A DNA stretch of 41,403 nucleotides from Myxococcales bacterium. Lineage in GTDB: Bacteria > Myxococcota_A > UBA9042. A program made the position numbers and the translations under genes. The notes beneath the pieces were generated by a model that made no database searches, was not told where the DNA came from, and worked only from the letters and a program-made list of their open reading frames with translations. The stretch spans positions 1 through 41,403 of the forward strand of contig JBBISH010000049.1 in assembly GCA_037441385.1 (NCBI GenBank). The letters are read 5' to 3'. Every line of letters starts with the position of its first letter. Within the stretch, counting starts at the first letter, position 1. Of this stretch, positions 17,335-26,689 are shown piece by piece.

Positions 17335-20300
17335 TCACTTATGGCAAGTCACGCAGCTCTCGGCCTCGTCGCCGCTCCAGGGGTCGGCGGGCGTGGGATC
17401 GTAGGTCTGCGCGGCAAAGTGCGCCTGCGCGGACAGCGAATCGTGGCAGCCCCAGCAGGCCAGGCGGTTGGGCTTGTTTGCCCAGGTGCCGCTGGTGGTG
17501 TTGGCGGTGTGACACAGCTCGCAAGTGCGCACGTCAGCAGGCAGTTTGATGTCCCAATTGCGGCCGGCGTCGGGATCGCCGTTCGCATACCACACCGTCT
17601 GCAGCGGGAAGTTCAGCGCCGAGCCGTTGTGGATGGCGTGGACACGCCGCGAAATCGGGTGGCTGCCCTGCCAACCCTGGTTCAGCACGGTGTTGCTCAG
17701 ATCCTTTGGATTCTGCGGTTGGTAGTCGTGGCACGCGCCGCACTGATCCAAGGCCTGGTCGCGCAAGATCTTGTTGTGGCGGGCTGGGTCGAGAACCAGG
17801 CCCACGCCGTTGCCATTCTGGTGGCAGGTCTGGCAGTTGCGGGCAACCGGCAGCTCTTCGGTGCTCTGCTTCACCGTGAAGTTGAAGAACGCGACGCTGG
17901 GGGTGACGTAGTTGTCGCCGTCGACGCGATAGCGGTCGCCGATTTCGACGCTGACGGTGTAGGTGCCGGCCGGCAGATCGTCGACGGGGTCGAGTTGGTA
18001 GGTGACCTTGTCGGCGGTGCGGGTGACCTTGGGGTCGTCGATGGCGCCTGCGGCGGTGCGCTTGGCCAACACGTTCGAGGCTGTGCTGGAGTTGGTGCCC
18101 GTCGCGGTCACGTTGCCACCGAACACCAGGGTATTGAACGTGCTGGCAGCGAACTGCACCGAGAACACCCGGCCCAGGTTGCGGCTGCGGATCGCGAACT
18201 TGCCCGTCGCCTCGTCGATGTAGGCGATACCGCGCGCCTTGAAGGCGGCGTTGGCGTTGAAGGCCGCGACCAATTCCGCAGCCGTGACGGCAGCTTTGTT
18301 GGCATACGCCGAAGCAGCCAGGGCGACCGTGGCCACACCGGCGACCGGCTTGTCGCCACCGGTGGCGTCAAAGGCCACGAGCGGCTGGCCCGCGTCGAAC
18401 GTGACGGTCAGGGTCGGCGCCGAGTCGGAGGTCAGGTCCCACGGGCCGACGGTGTTCGACAGGATCTTGGCCCGGGCGGCCATGGTCAGAGCCGGCGAGC
18501 GGTAGGCGCGCGGGCCATGGACAAAGAAGCCCGAGTCGCCGAACTTGCCGTTGGGCGTCTGACAGGTGGCCGGCGGCAGGGTCGTGGGCGCGGTGCCCGT
18601 CCAGCAACCCTCGGCCGCGCCTTCGATCATGGTGGTGTGGTCGATGGCTTTGCCGGTCTTGGCGTCCTTGAGAACGACGGTGACGACGGGCGCGTCGCCC
18701 GCCTCGTAGTAGGTCTTACCGCTCTTGGGCGCCGACATCGACAGTTCGATGTTGAACTCGGGAACGTTGCGCGGGTCTTTGCCTTCGATGGCGTGGGCTT
18801 CGATCACGCCCAGGCCAAAGCCACCTTCGTCGTGGCAAACCATGCACTTGTTGTCGGTGGCCTGAGCGCCGCCCTTGTGGCCCACGCCGGTGGCGAAATC
18901 GACGGTGTCGTGGCAAGAGCCGCAAGCGGCGCGCGACGGAACTTTCCACGCGTCGACGTTGGCGCCGCTGCCGCTGTGGCACTTGGTGCAATTGCCCAAC
19001 TCCGCCGGGAAGCCGGCCTTGTACCAGCTCACCTTGGCATTGCCGTAGCCCCACAGCGCATAGGCGCTGGCGAGCGGGCCGTTGTCCTTGCTCTCGTCCG
19101 CGGCGGTGCCGGTGTTGTTCCAGAACTGGCGGTCGGGGCCGCCGATGCTGGGAAGCTGACCACCGGCGTGGATCTTGTGGATCATCACCTTGGCGTCCAG
19201 GCTCTGCTTGCTCTGCGCGTCGAATGTCGACGGGTTGTGGCAGGTGACGCAGTTCTCGATCGACAGGCGATCGCCGCCATGGCCCTTGAACTGCGGGCCG
19301 TGGCAGGCCTGGCATGCCGCGGTGTTCACGATGTTCTTGGTGGCGGGCAGCTTGGTGATCGTGGTGTCGGGCACAAAGTCAAAGACGGCGTCGGCGGTGG
19401 GGCCGGCGTGTCCGCCCGTCATGATGCTGACGCGGTGGGTCAACTTGCGGTCGTAGCCGACCAACGCGCTGCCGGCCTTGCCGTCAACGGTGGCCTTGGC
19501 CAGATTGGTCACGAATTCATAGGTGTAGGTGCCATCGTTGTTGTTGGTGAGGAGGCCGGTGGTGGTGCTGCTGCCGCTGGACTCGCGGTAGGCCTGCACC
19601 GCCGTGTCGCCGTCTTTGGCCGGCCAGGGATCCTTGGCTGTCGCCGAGCCGGACACGGTCTCGATGCGGTAGATGTAGTTGACCCACTTGGTGAACGCTT
19701 CGCCCGCGGTGGCGTCGGGGCCGGCCAGCTTGGCGATGTTGGCCGTGACGGCCGCGACCGTCTTGACCGGCTTGCCGGCGGTGTCGTCGACCTTGAACTT
19801 GACGGTGACCTTGCCGGCTTCGTCGGCGGTGGCGGCGGTGATGGTCATGACCGCGTCGCTCTTGCCGGCGGTGGCGTATTCGCCGCTGGTCTGCAGGTGG
19901 GCCAGACCGTGGAAATTGGTGATGCCCGCGCCGCTGCCGTTGGCGCCGGCGGGACCCACGGGGCCGGTGGGACCCGTGGCGCCGTCTTTGACGGTGACCG
20001 TGGTGCCATCGGTGCAGGTGATCGTCTTGCTGCCGTTGCCATTGTCCTTGACGGTGCAGCTGTTGCCGTCTTTGCCCGGCGCGCCCGTGTCGCCGGTGGT
20101 GCCGGTCGCGCCTTGCGGGCCCGGTTCGCCGGTGGCGCCCGTGGCACCCTGCGGTCCGGCCACGCCTTGGTCGCCCTGGTTGCCGGTGGCGCCATCCTTG
20201 ATGACGACCGAGGTGCCGTCGCTGCACGAAACCGTCTTGGTGCCGTCGGTATTGTCCTTGACCGTGCAGGTAGTGCCGTCTTTGCCAGCGGCGCCGTCCT

Positions 20301-20637
20301 TGCCGTCTTTGCCGTCTTTGCCGGCCGTGCCGTTCTGGCCGTTCTGGACCGTCACGGCGGTGCCGTCGGGGCAGGTGATGGTCTTGGTGCCGTCGCCATT
20401 GTCCTTGGCGGTGCAGTCCGAGCCGTCTTTGCCGGCCTTGCCGTCCGCGATCTTGACCTCGGTGGTGCCACAGGTGATGGTCTTGGTGCCATCGCCGTTG
20501 TCTTTGATCGAGCAAGTCGCGCCCGAAGCGCCCGCGGCGCCTTTTTCGCCTTGAGCGCCCTCGCAAGCCAGCATCATGCTGCCCGCGGCGAGCAGGAGGA
20601 GGGTACGCGAATTCACCGCGCGCAGAATCTGTTGCAT
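17335..20637 (-). CDS. OmcA/MtrC-family decaheme c-type cytochrome lipoprotein with N-terminal collagen-like stalk
   Basis: Lipobox MMLAC; GAGGTG SD. Ten CxxCH motifs (CQACH, CVTCH, CTKCH, CGSCH, CMVCH, CQTCH, CGACH, CELCH, CWGCH, CVTCH) in two groups of five separated by a beta-rich domain. MIHKIH and DGTYTYEF motifs. Confidence 0.92.
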   Translation of the reverse strand: MQQILRAVNSRTLLLLAAGSMMLACEGAQGEKGAAGASGATCSIKDNGDGTKTITCGTTEVKIADGKAGKDGSDCTAKDNGDGTKTITCPDGTAVTVQNGQNGTAGKDGKDGKDGAAGKDGTTCTVKDNTDGTKTVSCSDGTSVVIKDGATGNQGDQGVAGPQGATGATGEPGPQGATGTTGDTGAPGKDGNSCTVKDNGNGSKTITCTDGTTVTVKDGATGPTGPVGPAGANGSGAGITNFHGLAHLQTSGEYATAGKSDAVMTITAATADEAGKVTVKFKVDDTAGKPVKTVAAVTANIAKLAGPDATAGEAFTKWVNYIYRIETVSGSATAKDPWPAKDGDTAVQAYRESSGSSTTTGLLTNNNDGTYTYEFVTNLAKATVDGKAGSALVGYDRKLTHRVSIMTGGHAGPTADAVFDFVPDTTITKLPATKNIVNTAACQACHGPQFKGHGGDRLSIENCVTCHNPSTFDAQSKQSLDAKVMIHKIHAGGQLPSIGGPDRQFWNNTGTAADESKDNGPLASAYALWGYGNAKVSWYKAGFPAELGNCTKCHSGSGANVDAWKVPSRAACGSCHDTVDFATGVGHKGGAQATDNKCMVCHDEGGFGLGVIEAHAIEGKDPRNVPEFNIELSMSAPKSGKTYYEAGDAPVVTVVLKDAKTGKAIDHTTMIEGAAEGCWTGTAPTTLPPATCQTPNGKFGDSGFFVHGPRAYRSPALTMAARAKILSNTVGPWDLTSDSAPTLTVTFDAGQPLVAFDATGGDKPVAGVATVALAASAYANKAAVTAAELVAAFNANAAFKARGIAYIDEATGKFAIRSRNLGRVFSVQFAASTFNTLVFGGNVTATGTNSSTASNVLAKRTAAGAIDDPKVTRTADKVTYQLDPVDDLPAGTYTVSVEIGDRYRVDGDNYVTPSVAFFNFTVKQSTEELPVARNCQTCHQNGNGVGLVLDPARHNKILRDQALDQCGACHDYQPQNPKDLSNTVLNQGWQGSHPISRRVHAIHNGSALNFPLQTVWYANGDPDAGRNWDIKLPADVRTCELCHTANTTSGTWANKPNRLACWGCHDSLSAQAHFAAQTYDPTPADPWSGDEAESCVTCHK

Positions 20638-20896
20638 GAGGTCACCTCGTGGTTTTCGCCCGATAGTCCGCAGCGGGCGGTGCGGCGTTGGCGGCACGAC
20701 ACGGGGCAGAAGTGCTCGTTTGGCAAGCGTCGGCCACCCCGTAGGCGTAGCATAACTGGCGGTGGGCGCTCGAGACAGCCAAGGCGTTGCGGGGAACGGC
20801 CAGAATAGCGCTGCTATATTGAGGTGTTTTACTATTCAGCCAGCTGTCCGATTGCAATGGCGTGACCGCCGTTGCACTTCGGTGACGAAGCAGGGC

Positions 20897-23800
20897 CTAG
20901 CGAGCGCGGCGCACCGCGGGCGAAAGGAGCGCCTGCGTGCTGCGAATTTGCGCGGGCTGGCCACCCTGGGGCGCCGTGCGCACCGTGATCTCGGGGATGG
21001 TCACCGAGCACCACTCGGCAGGGTCGTGCACGTGGCGGATCGCCACCACGCCCGGCGCGTGACCGCCCGTCAAGCCCTCGATCCACAGCGTCATGGTGCG
21101 GCTGCCACGGAAGGGCACGGCGATGATCTGCATCTTGGCGCTGCCCATGGACTGTTGGCCGTAGATGAGCTGGCCCTTGTAGTCCGACAGGGCGTCTTCG
21201 GTCTGGCGGATCGCCACCGTAGCCGGCACGGCCACTAGCGCGTAGTACTCGAGCGGGTCCTTGTCGGCGTCGAGCTCGATGCGCAGCTGCGATTGCTGCC
21301 CTACAGCCAATTCGGCGTGTTCCACAGCGACCTTGGCAAAGCGCTTTTCGCTGGCGGCGCGCAGGTCCACGGTGCCCGGGCGGTCGATGCGGGCCATGCC
21401 GCCGCGGGGCAACGCTAGGTCCGCCGCCTGCGAAATCGCCACTACTTCGCCCAGTTTCACCACCACGGTCTTGCCGCCCATGTTCAGCTTGACGGTGCCC
21501 TGCTCGGCCGGGCGGGCGCCCATCATGAGCAGCAGATCGATGAAGCGCGGCAACGCGGCCGGTTGGCTGTACACGCCCCCCAGGAGCGCCGGCCCCTGCA
21601 ACATCCCAGGCTCTTGGCTCAGCACCATGCCGCGCGCGATGACGGCAAACAGCTTGTCAAAGGTGGGCTTGCCCGCCTCGCCCGCCGCCCAAGCCGCCTT
21701 GGCCTGGCCCATGAGCCACTGCAGCTTGCCCACGCGCTCAAAGGCACGCAGGAAGCGGAAGGTATCCAGGGCCTTGCCCAACGCCACCGGGTCGCCGCCG
21801 TCCAGATCACCCAGTGCGGGCCCCAATTTGTCCACGGCAAAGCGCTGCACGGCATCGTCGGTCACCGTGCGGAAGAGGACGTGGCCGTCCACCTCGACCT
21901 CGACGACCTCGAGTCCGTCCTGGGTCTCGTCGTAGCCGGCGACTTCGCTTGGCTTCTGCTTGCGGGCGGCAAAGCCCTGATCCAAGTGCTTGGCCAACGC
22001 GTCCAAGCGCTTGCAGGCATCGGGAGCCTGATTGCACAGGCCGGGCGCGTACTTGACTGCCCTGCGCGCGATCTGCAGGTTGCTCGCGACCCACGCCGTC
22101 CAGCGCGGGCTGGGCGCCATGTTGGTCCACGGCCGCATTTGTTGGCTGCCAGCGTCGTACAAGGCGTCGAGCTGAGTCATCGCGTGATCGAAGCCGCTCG
22201 AGAGCTGTTGACGATAGCCGTCGTCTTTCAGCAGGTTGCGATCGATGGCCGCCATGAGGGTGACGCGCGTGGCCACCTGGGCCGACAGAGCCTCGGCGTG
22301 CGGGAACCACGACTCCATGGTGGTGACGACGTTGCTGACGATCCCTTGCATGAGCGGCCCAGGCCCGCCGTAAACAACCAACTTTTCGCCAGGTTGTACG
22401 CTGATGCGGCCACTGCCGCCCACTTCGAGCCGCGACCAGGTCACCGGCTGCCGCGCCACGTCGGCCACGGACAGCTTGCGCCGGTCATGGGTCTGCCCTG
22501 CATCGTCGACCAGTGCGAGGTCGATGGTGCCGGGCACCGCCGGCCAGGCAATCAGCTGCGTCTGAACACCAGAGGCCACGGGCCGTTGCACCGGGGCCGC
22601 GAAGCCCGCGCCCGACAGGTGCAAGAACATCGGCCGCTGCTGCTGATTGTGCGTCACCACGCGCAGTTCCAGCTCGCCGCCCGCGACGATCGCCCGCGGG
22701 GCCTGCGCCTCGACCCACGCCTGCCGCGCCAGGTCCGTCTGCGCCTCTGCCGTGACCCAAGCCATGTCACGCACGGGTGTCCAGCGCAGCCCCAGGCGAC
22801 CGGTCTGCGGCGGCGTGGGCACTTGCACGCTGACCTTGCCGTTGGCATCGGTGCGAACCACCGCCACAAACGTGACCTTGATCTCGCCCTCGCGCACCAC
22901 TTCGCCCTCTTCCTCGCCCGCGTCCTCGTCGCTTCCATTGGGCGGCGGCGGGGCAGCGGACGGGCGCGCCATCCGCGGCGAAGCGGCCTTCATTTCCATG
23001 GCCATCGCCTTGGGCGCGCCCCCCCCGCTCGCATAGCCATAGCCACGCCCGTAGCCAGCGGAAGCGCCATCTTTCTTGGCCTTGGCCGCGTCGCGGGCCG
23101 CCTGCCGTTCGGCCTCGCGCTCGCGCTTTTCTTCTTCGCGGGCGCGACGTTCTTCTTCCTTGCGCTGACGCTCCAGCTCCGCTGGGTCCACCCAGCCGTC
23201 CAAGTGGCGCCCGGCGTTGCGCAGGCTGTCGCCCACGGCGGAATTCAGAGGCCCAGCCGGGTCTTTGGCGGCGACGCGGATGTCGTACGCCTCTAGGATG
23301 CCTGCCACCGCCAGGGGCCGGCCGGCGCGGTCCTGCGCTTGCAGTTGCACGGTCACTTCGCTGTTGGGGCGCGCCTTTTCGGGCACCAAGATCTTGGCCT
23401 GCACGTCGGGCGGCGGGAACGCGAAGGCATAGCCCTCGACAAAGTGCCCTTTGCTGGGGCCGTTCTGCGCCACACCGCCCACACTGACCAGCGCCGGAGC
23501 GTTGCCGACCCCAATCTGCAGCACCGTACCTGCAGAGGCCTTGCTAGCGATTTCTACATGTTGCGCCACGTAGCCGCCGTTCTTGTCGGCCTTCCAAACC
23601 ATCGCCACGGCATGATGCAGGTCGTGCCGCACGGTCACGGCCAACTGCCCGCCATCGGCCACCAAGCTCGCGACCTCAAAGGAGTCTTGCTCCGAAGTGC
23701 CGCCCGACCGCACGGTCCACAGCGCCCGACCGGGCAGTTGCTGGGTACCCTCGTAGGGGGCCAGGGTGACTTGGTGCGCGTAACGCACGCCCTTGCTGAC

Positions 23801-24685
23801 CGGAATGAGCTCGCGCTCGACGTGCCCCGAGCCTTCGAACTGATAGCGCAAGCTACCTTGCGGGGTGATGACCTCGATCTGGAACGGGCCCGAGTGGCCG
23901 CCGATCGAAATGGTGCCGGCCAATTCGCCACCGCGCACTTGCAGCTTTTGCCGCGGCCCGGCGACCACGCCATTGCAGCCCGACAGCATGCAACGCGGGA
24001 TCACCTCGACCTCGCCGTCGTACGGCTGGTTGTCGACGCGCAGTTGGTTCTTGAACGACAGCCCGTTGCCCCAGCGCTGGCCCACGCCCGCGGCGTTGCC
24101 CAGGAACCAACCAGCCTTGACCTTTTCGAGCTGTTCGGCCGCGGTCAGGCGCTCAAAGCTGTAGGCAAACGACAGGGCGCCCAGCTGGCCTTCGACCACC
24201 GCAAAAGTGGTCGAAGTCTTGATTTTGCCGTCAGCAGTCGCCAGGTCGACGCGGTACTCGCCCAGGTCCAGCTTTTGCGCGCGGCCGTCTTGCAGCTGCA
24301 CCACCGCCAAACCGGCATCGTCCAAGACCACGTCGACGTCGCGGGGTGTACCGTCGCGCTTGGCCCAACTGAGTTTGCACTTGGAGCCACCGCGGCCGGG
24401 CAGCAGCAGGCGCGCGCGCACAACTTCGTCGGGCCAGAACTGCGGCTGATCCATCGTCAACGAGGCGAGTTGCAGCGCCATGTGCGGCGCAAGGTGGCTA
24501 GCCACCCCCAAGACGTGGTCCGACTTGTCGACCTGGAACAGGCGCGTGTCGCGGGCATCGGGTGCCGCGCTGCCGCCGTCGCGGCCGACCAGGGCGACGA
24601 GCAGGCCCAGCGCCGCGGTCAAAAGCGTCAGGGCAGTGGGGCGAGAACGGCGCGGCGCAGCGGAAAGAGCCAGAGCGGATTGCAT
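20897..24685 (-). CDS. Alpha-2-macroglobulin-like exported protein
   Basis: MG2-like MDQPQFWPDEVV, A2M-like RTDANGKVSVQVPTP and APRAIVAGG motifs, low-complexity bait-like region; GAGG SD before ATG 24685. Confidence 0.7.
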   Translation of the reverse strand: MQSALALSAAPRRSRPTALTLLTAALGLLVALVGRDGGSAAPDARDTRLFQVDKSDHVLGVASHLAPHMALQLASLTMDQPQFWPDEVVRARLLLPGRGGSKCKLSWAKRDGTPRDVDVVLDDAGLAVVQLQDGRAQKLDLGEYRVDLATADGKIKTSTTFAVVEGQLGALSFAYSFERLTAAEQLEKVKAGWFLGNAAGVGQRWGNGLSFKNQLRVDNQPYDGEVEVIPRCMLSGCNGVVAGPRQKLQVRGGELAGTISIGGHSGPFQIEVITPQGSLRYQFEGSGHVERELIPVSKGVRYAHQVTLAPYEGTQQLPGRALWTVRSGGTSEQDSFEVASLVADGGQLAVTVRHDLHHAVAMVWKADKNGGYVAQHVEIASKASAGTVLQIGVGNAPALVSVGGVAQNGPSKGHFVEGYAFAFPPPDVQAKILVPEKARPNSEVTVQLQAQDRAGRPLAVAGILEAYDIRVAAKDPAGPLNSAVGDSLRNAGRHLDGWVDPAELERQRKEEERRAREEEKREREAERQAARDAAKAKKDGASAGYGRGYGYASGGGAPKAMAMEMKAASPRMARPSAAPPPPNGSDEDAGEEEGEVVREGEIKVTFVAVVRTDANGKVSVQVPTPPQTGRLGLRWTPVRDMAWVTAEAQTDLARQAWVEAQAPRAIVAGGELELRVVTHNQQQRPMFLHLSGAGFAAPVQRPVASGVQTQLIAWPAVPGTIDLALVDDAGQTHDRRKLSVADVARQPVTWSRLEVGGSGRISVQPGEKLVVYGGPGPLMQGIVSNVVTTMESWFPHAEALSAQVATRVTLMAAIDRNLLKDDGYRQQLSSGFDHAMTQLDALYDAGSQQMRPWTNMAPSPRWTAWVASNLQIARRAVKYAPGLCNQAPDACKRLDALAKHLDQGFAARKQKPSEVAGYDETQDGLEVVEVEVDGHVLFRTVTDDAVQRFAVDKLGPALGDLDGGDPVALGKALDTFRFLRAFERVGKLQWLMGQAKAAWAAGEAGKPTFDKLFAVIARGMVLSQEPGMLQGPALLGGVYSQPAALPRFIDLLLMMGARPAEQGTVKLNMGGKTVVVKLGEVVAISQAADLALPRGGMARIDRPGTVDLRAASEKRFAKVAVEHAELAVGQQSQLRIELDADKDPLEYYALVAVPATVAIRQTEDALSDYKGQLIYGQQSMGSAKMQIIAVPFRGSRTMTLWIEGLTGGHAPGVVAIRHVHDPAEWCSVTIPEITVRTAPQGGQPAQIRSTQALLSPAVRRAR

Positions 24686-24741
24686 GGTGACCTCGCAGAA
24701 AGACAACGACAGACCTTGGACGGGCAGCAGCCGCGGACGAT

Positions 24742-25086
24742 CTACTCGGAGGGCCCGCGGGGCTTGTCCTCGGTGACGGCGATGACCCGCTCGACGACGT
24801 GGCCCACTTGGCGCTTGCCGCCTGCGGCTGGCCGAATTCCGACCAGCTCCGGGCCCAGCGCCCCCTTGCCGGCGGCGGCGCGGCCCATGGCGCGCATGAC
24901 CTCGTAAGCCTCTGTCCGGTCAACGCATTCTTGGCAACTCAACACTTGACTGGCCGGCGCACTGTAGACCAAGTTGCCGTCCTTGAACAGGCGAACCGCG
25001 GCGGCGTCGCGCTGCAGCTCGTCGGCGTCGACCCCGCAGACGGTCGCGGAAAATCGCTGGCGAACTCGAAGAACCCACACCGGCAT
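24742..25086 (-). CDS. Hypothetical protein
   Basis: Fills the gap between co-directional genes; protein-like composition. Confidence 0.55.
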   Translation of the reverse strand: MPVWVLRVRQRFSATVCGVDADELQRDAAAVRLFKDGNLVYSAPASQVLSCQECVDRTEAYEVMRAMGRAAAGKGALGPELVGIRPAAGGKRQVGHVVERVIAVTEDKPRGPSE

Positions 25087-25107
25087 GGCGGCCTGCTTGG
25101 TTGGGGT

Positions 25108-25482
25108 CTACTTGTCGTGCGCAACGGGCAACCCCGCCGCCGTCCAAGCCTTCCAGCCGCCGTCCAGCGAGATCACCGCGGTGTAGCCCATCCTTTGCAG
25201 CGAGTCGGCGGCCAGGGCCGAGCGATAGCCGCCGCCGCAATAGAGCACCAAAGTGGCCGTCTTGTCTGGGAAACGCCCGATCGCGTCGCGCTCGATCACC
25301 CCGCGACCCAAGTGCTGGGCGCCGGGGATGTGGCCGTCCAGCCACTCGCGGTCCTCGCGGACGTCGACCACCTGAACCGGTTTGCCGCTTGCCTGCAGGG
25401 CCTGCAATCCGGCCAAGTCGATCTCGGTGACCTGGGCCTTGCTGGCTTGAACGAGCGCCAGAAACTCGGGCGAGTGCTGCAC
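25108..25482 (-). CDS. Single-domain rhodanese (sulfurtransferase)
   Basis: AAGGAG SD before GTG 25482; DVRE, GHIPGA, CGGGYRS, LDGGWKAW. Confidence 0.92.
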   Translation of the reverse strand: MQHSPEFLALVQASKAQVTEIDLAGLQALQASGKPVQVVDVREDREWLDGHIPGAQHLGRGVIERDAIGRFPDKTATLVLYCGGGYRSALAADSLQRMGYTAVISLDGGWKAWTAAGLPVAHDK

Positions 25483-25523
25483 GGGAACTCCTTGCGGCTC
25501 CGGTCGGGGCCGCTGCCACGGAT

Positions 25524-25718
25524 CTAGAAGCGCATGCCCCACTTGGCGCGGAACATGAACCACCGCCACGTGAGCCACGAGGCCACGCCCGCGGCCACCA
25601 GCGTGAGCAGCAGTGAGTGCACCAGAAAGAACGCTGCGCCACCGCCGGCCCAACCCAGCACCGCCATCCAGCCCAGGCGGGCAGCCTCGGCCCGCTGTTT
25701 TGGCAACAACTCTCCCAT
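25524..25718 (-). CDS. Small two-TM membrane protein
   Basis: AAGGAG SD; starts 2 bp after the upstream stop; two hydrophobic helices and a basic C-terminus (RAKWGMRF). Confidence 0.7.
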   Translation of the reverse strand: MGELLPKQRAEAARLGWMAVLGWAGGGAAFFLVHSLLLTLVAAGVASWLTWRWFMFRAKWGMRF

Positions 25719-25720
25719 CG

Positions 25721-26557
25721 CTACTTCTCCTTGGCAGGCCCGTCGGTGATCGACAACTCCAACCGATACTGCCCTGGTTCTGTGGTGGCCGGCAAGCGCA
25801 GCTTCTGCACCACGGCCAACCAGCAGGCGGTCCAGGGCGTGTGGGACAACGGCAACAGCAGGCGCGGCACGCCCACGATTCGGCCTGCCTTGATGTCGAC
25901 GGCAAATGCCGCCTGCAAGTCTTCGCCCTCCTTGGCCAATTCAATACAGCGCCGCAGCTTGGACTGGGCGCGCCCAAGGGCCGCGTCGACCTCGGGCGGT
26001 ACGTGCGGCAGCTCGGGCTCGGCTGGCGGCGTCGGCGCGACCGATGGCGGCGCCACCGGCTCGGGGGGCGGCACGGGCTGCGGAGTCGGCGCGACCCGGC
26101 CGGGCGGCGCTGGCCGGCGCGGTGGACTGCCCGGCAGCAGTTCGTCCTCGGTCACGAACTCGCGCAACACCTGGTTGATCGCGTCGCGCGCCGGCAGGGG
26201 CAATTCAGAGGCCAGATCAAAGGCCGCCCGCCGCATCGGGCCCAGCGCGCCGCTGTTGGCCACAGCCGAGATGACCACGGTCCAAAACAGCAGGCTCCAG
26301 AAACAGCCAAAGCCGCCTTTGGTTTTCTTACCTTGCACGGCCATAGCCGCGGGTCGCTGGGCGCGGCGGTTGGGGGCACTGGGCCCGGCGGCCACTGGGG
26401 GAACGGTTACGCTGCCGCCAGCCGCGCGGGCCATTTGGTCAAAGTCGATCGGATCGACGCCCAGCAGCACGGCGCCGCATTGCTCGCAGTTGGTGCGGGC
26501 GCGCGCGTTGCGTGCCTGACAGCGCGGACAGCGGCGGTCGCCTTGGTTTGCCATCAT
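25721..26557 (-). CDS. Zinc-ribbon/TM/Pro-rich protein with AgmX/PglI (TonB-C-like) C-terminal domain
   Basis: CPRC...CEQC, one TM helix, Pro-rich linker, LRRC...TAC...LRLP C-terminal pattern. Start at 26557 or 26554; 26713 is possible. Confidence 0.7.
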   Translation of the reverse strand: MMANQGDRRCPRCQARNARARTNCEQCGAVLLGVDPIDFDQMARAAGGSVTVPPVAAGPSAPNRRAQRPAAMAVQGKKTKGGFGCFWSLLFWTVVISAVANSGALGPMRRAAFDLASELPLPARDAINQVLREFVTEDELLPGSPPRRPAPPGRVAPTPQPVPPPEPVAPPSVAPTPPAEPELPHVPPEVDAALGRAQSKLRRCIELAKEGEDLQAAFAVDIKAGRIVGVPRLLLPLSHTPWTACWLAVVQKLRLPATTEPGQYRLELSITDGPAKEK

Positions 26558-26562
26558 CCAAA

Positions 26563-26689
26563 TTCCGTCCGAGCCGGATCGAGGGCTCGGGCCATTCTTC
26601 GAGCCCGAACCGGGATCCCCGCCTGATTCTGGCTGGTTGCATACCGGGCCAGAGGAAATGTACCGGCGCGAATCAGCTAGGGTGCATGT
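26563..26689. repeat. 127-bp structured intergenic repeat, copy 3 (inverted)
   Basis: Reverse complement aligns without gaps to copies 1 and 2 (28 and 26 mismatches). Confidence 0.93.

Noticed and set aside
20715..20745. Sigma54 promoter for the cytochrome gene (TGGCCGACGCTTGC)
   Set aside because: GG-to-GC spacing is 9 rather than the required 10.
17329..20808. 1159-aa + strand ORF, and similar long ORFs at 31624-34743, 21563-23296, 26637-28169 and 28660-29943
   Set aside because: Antisense shadows of well-supported minus-strand genes in high-GC DNA; no recognisable motifs.
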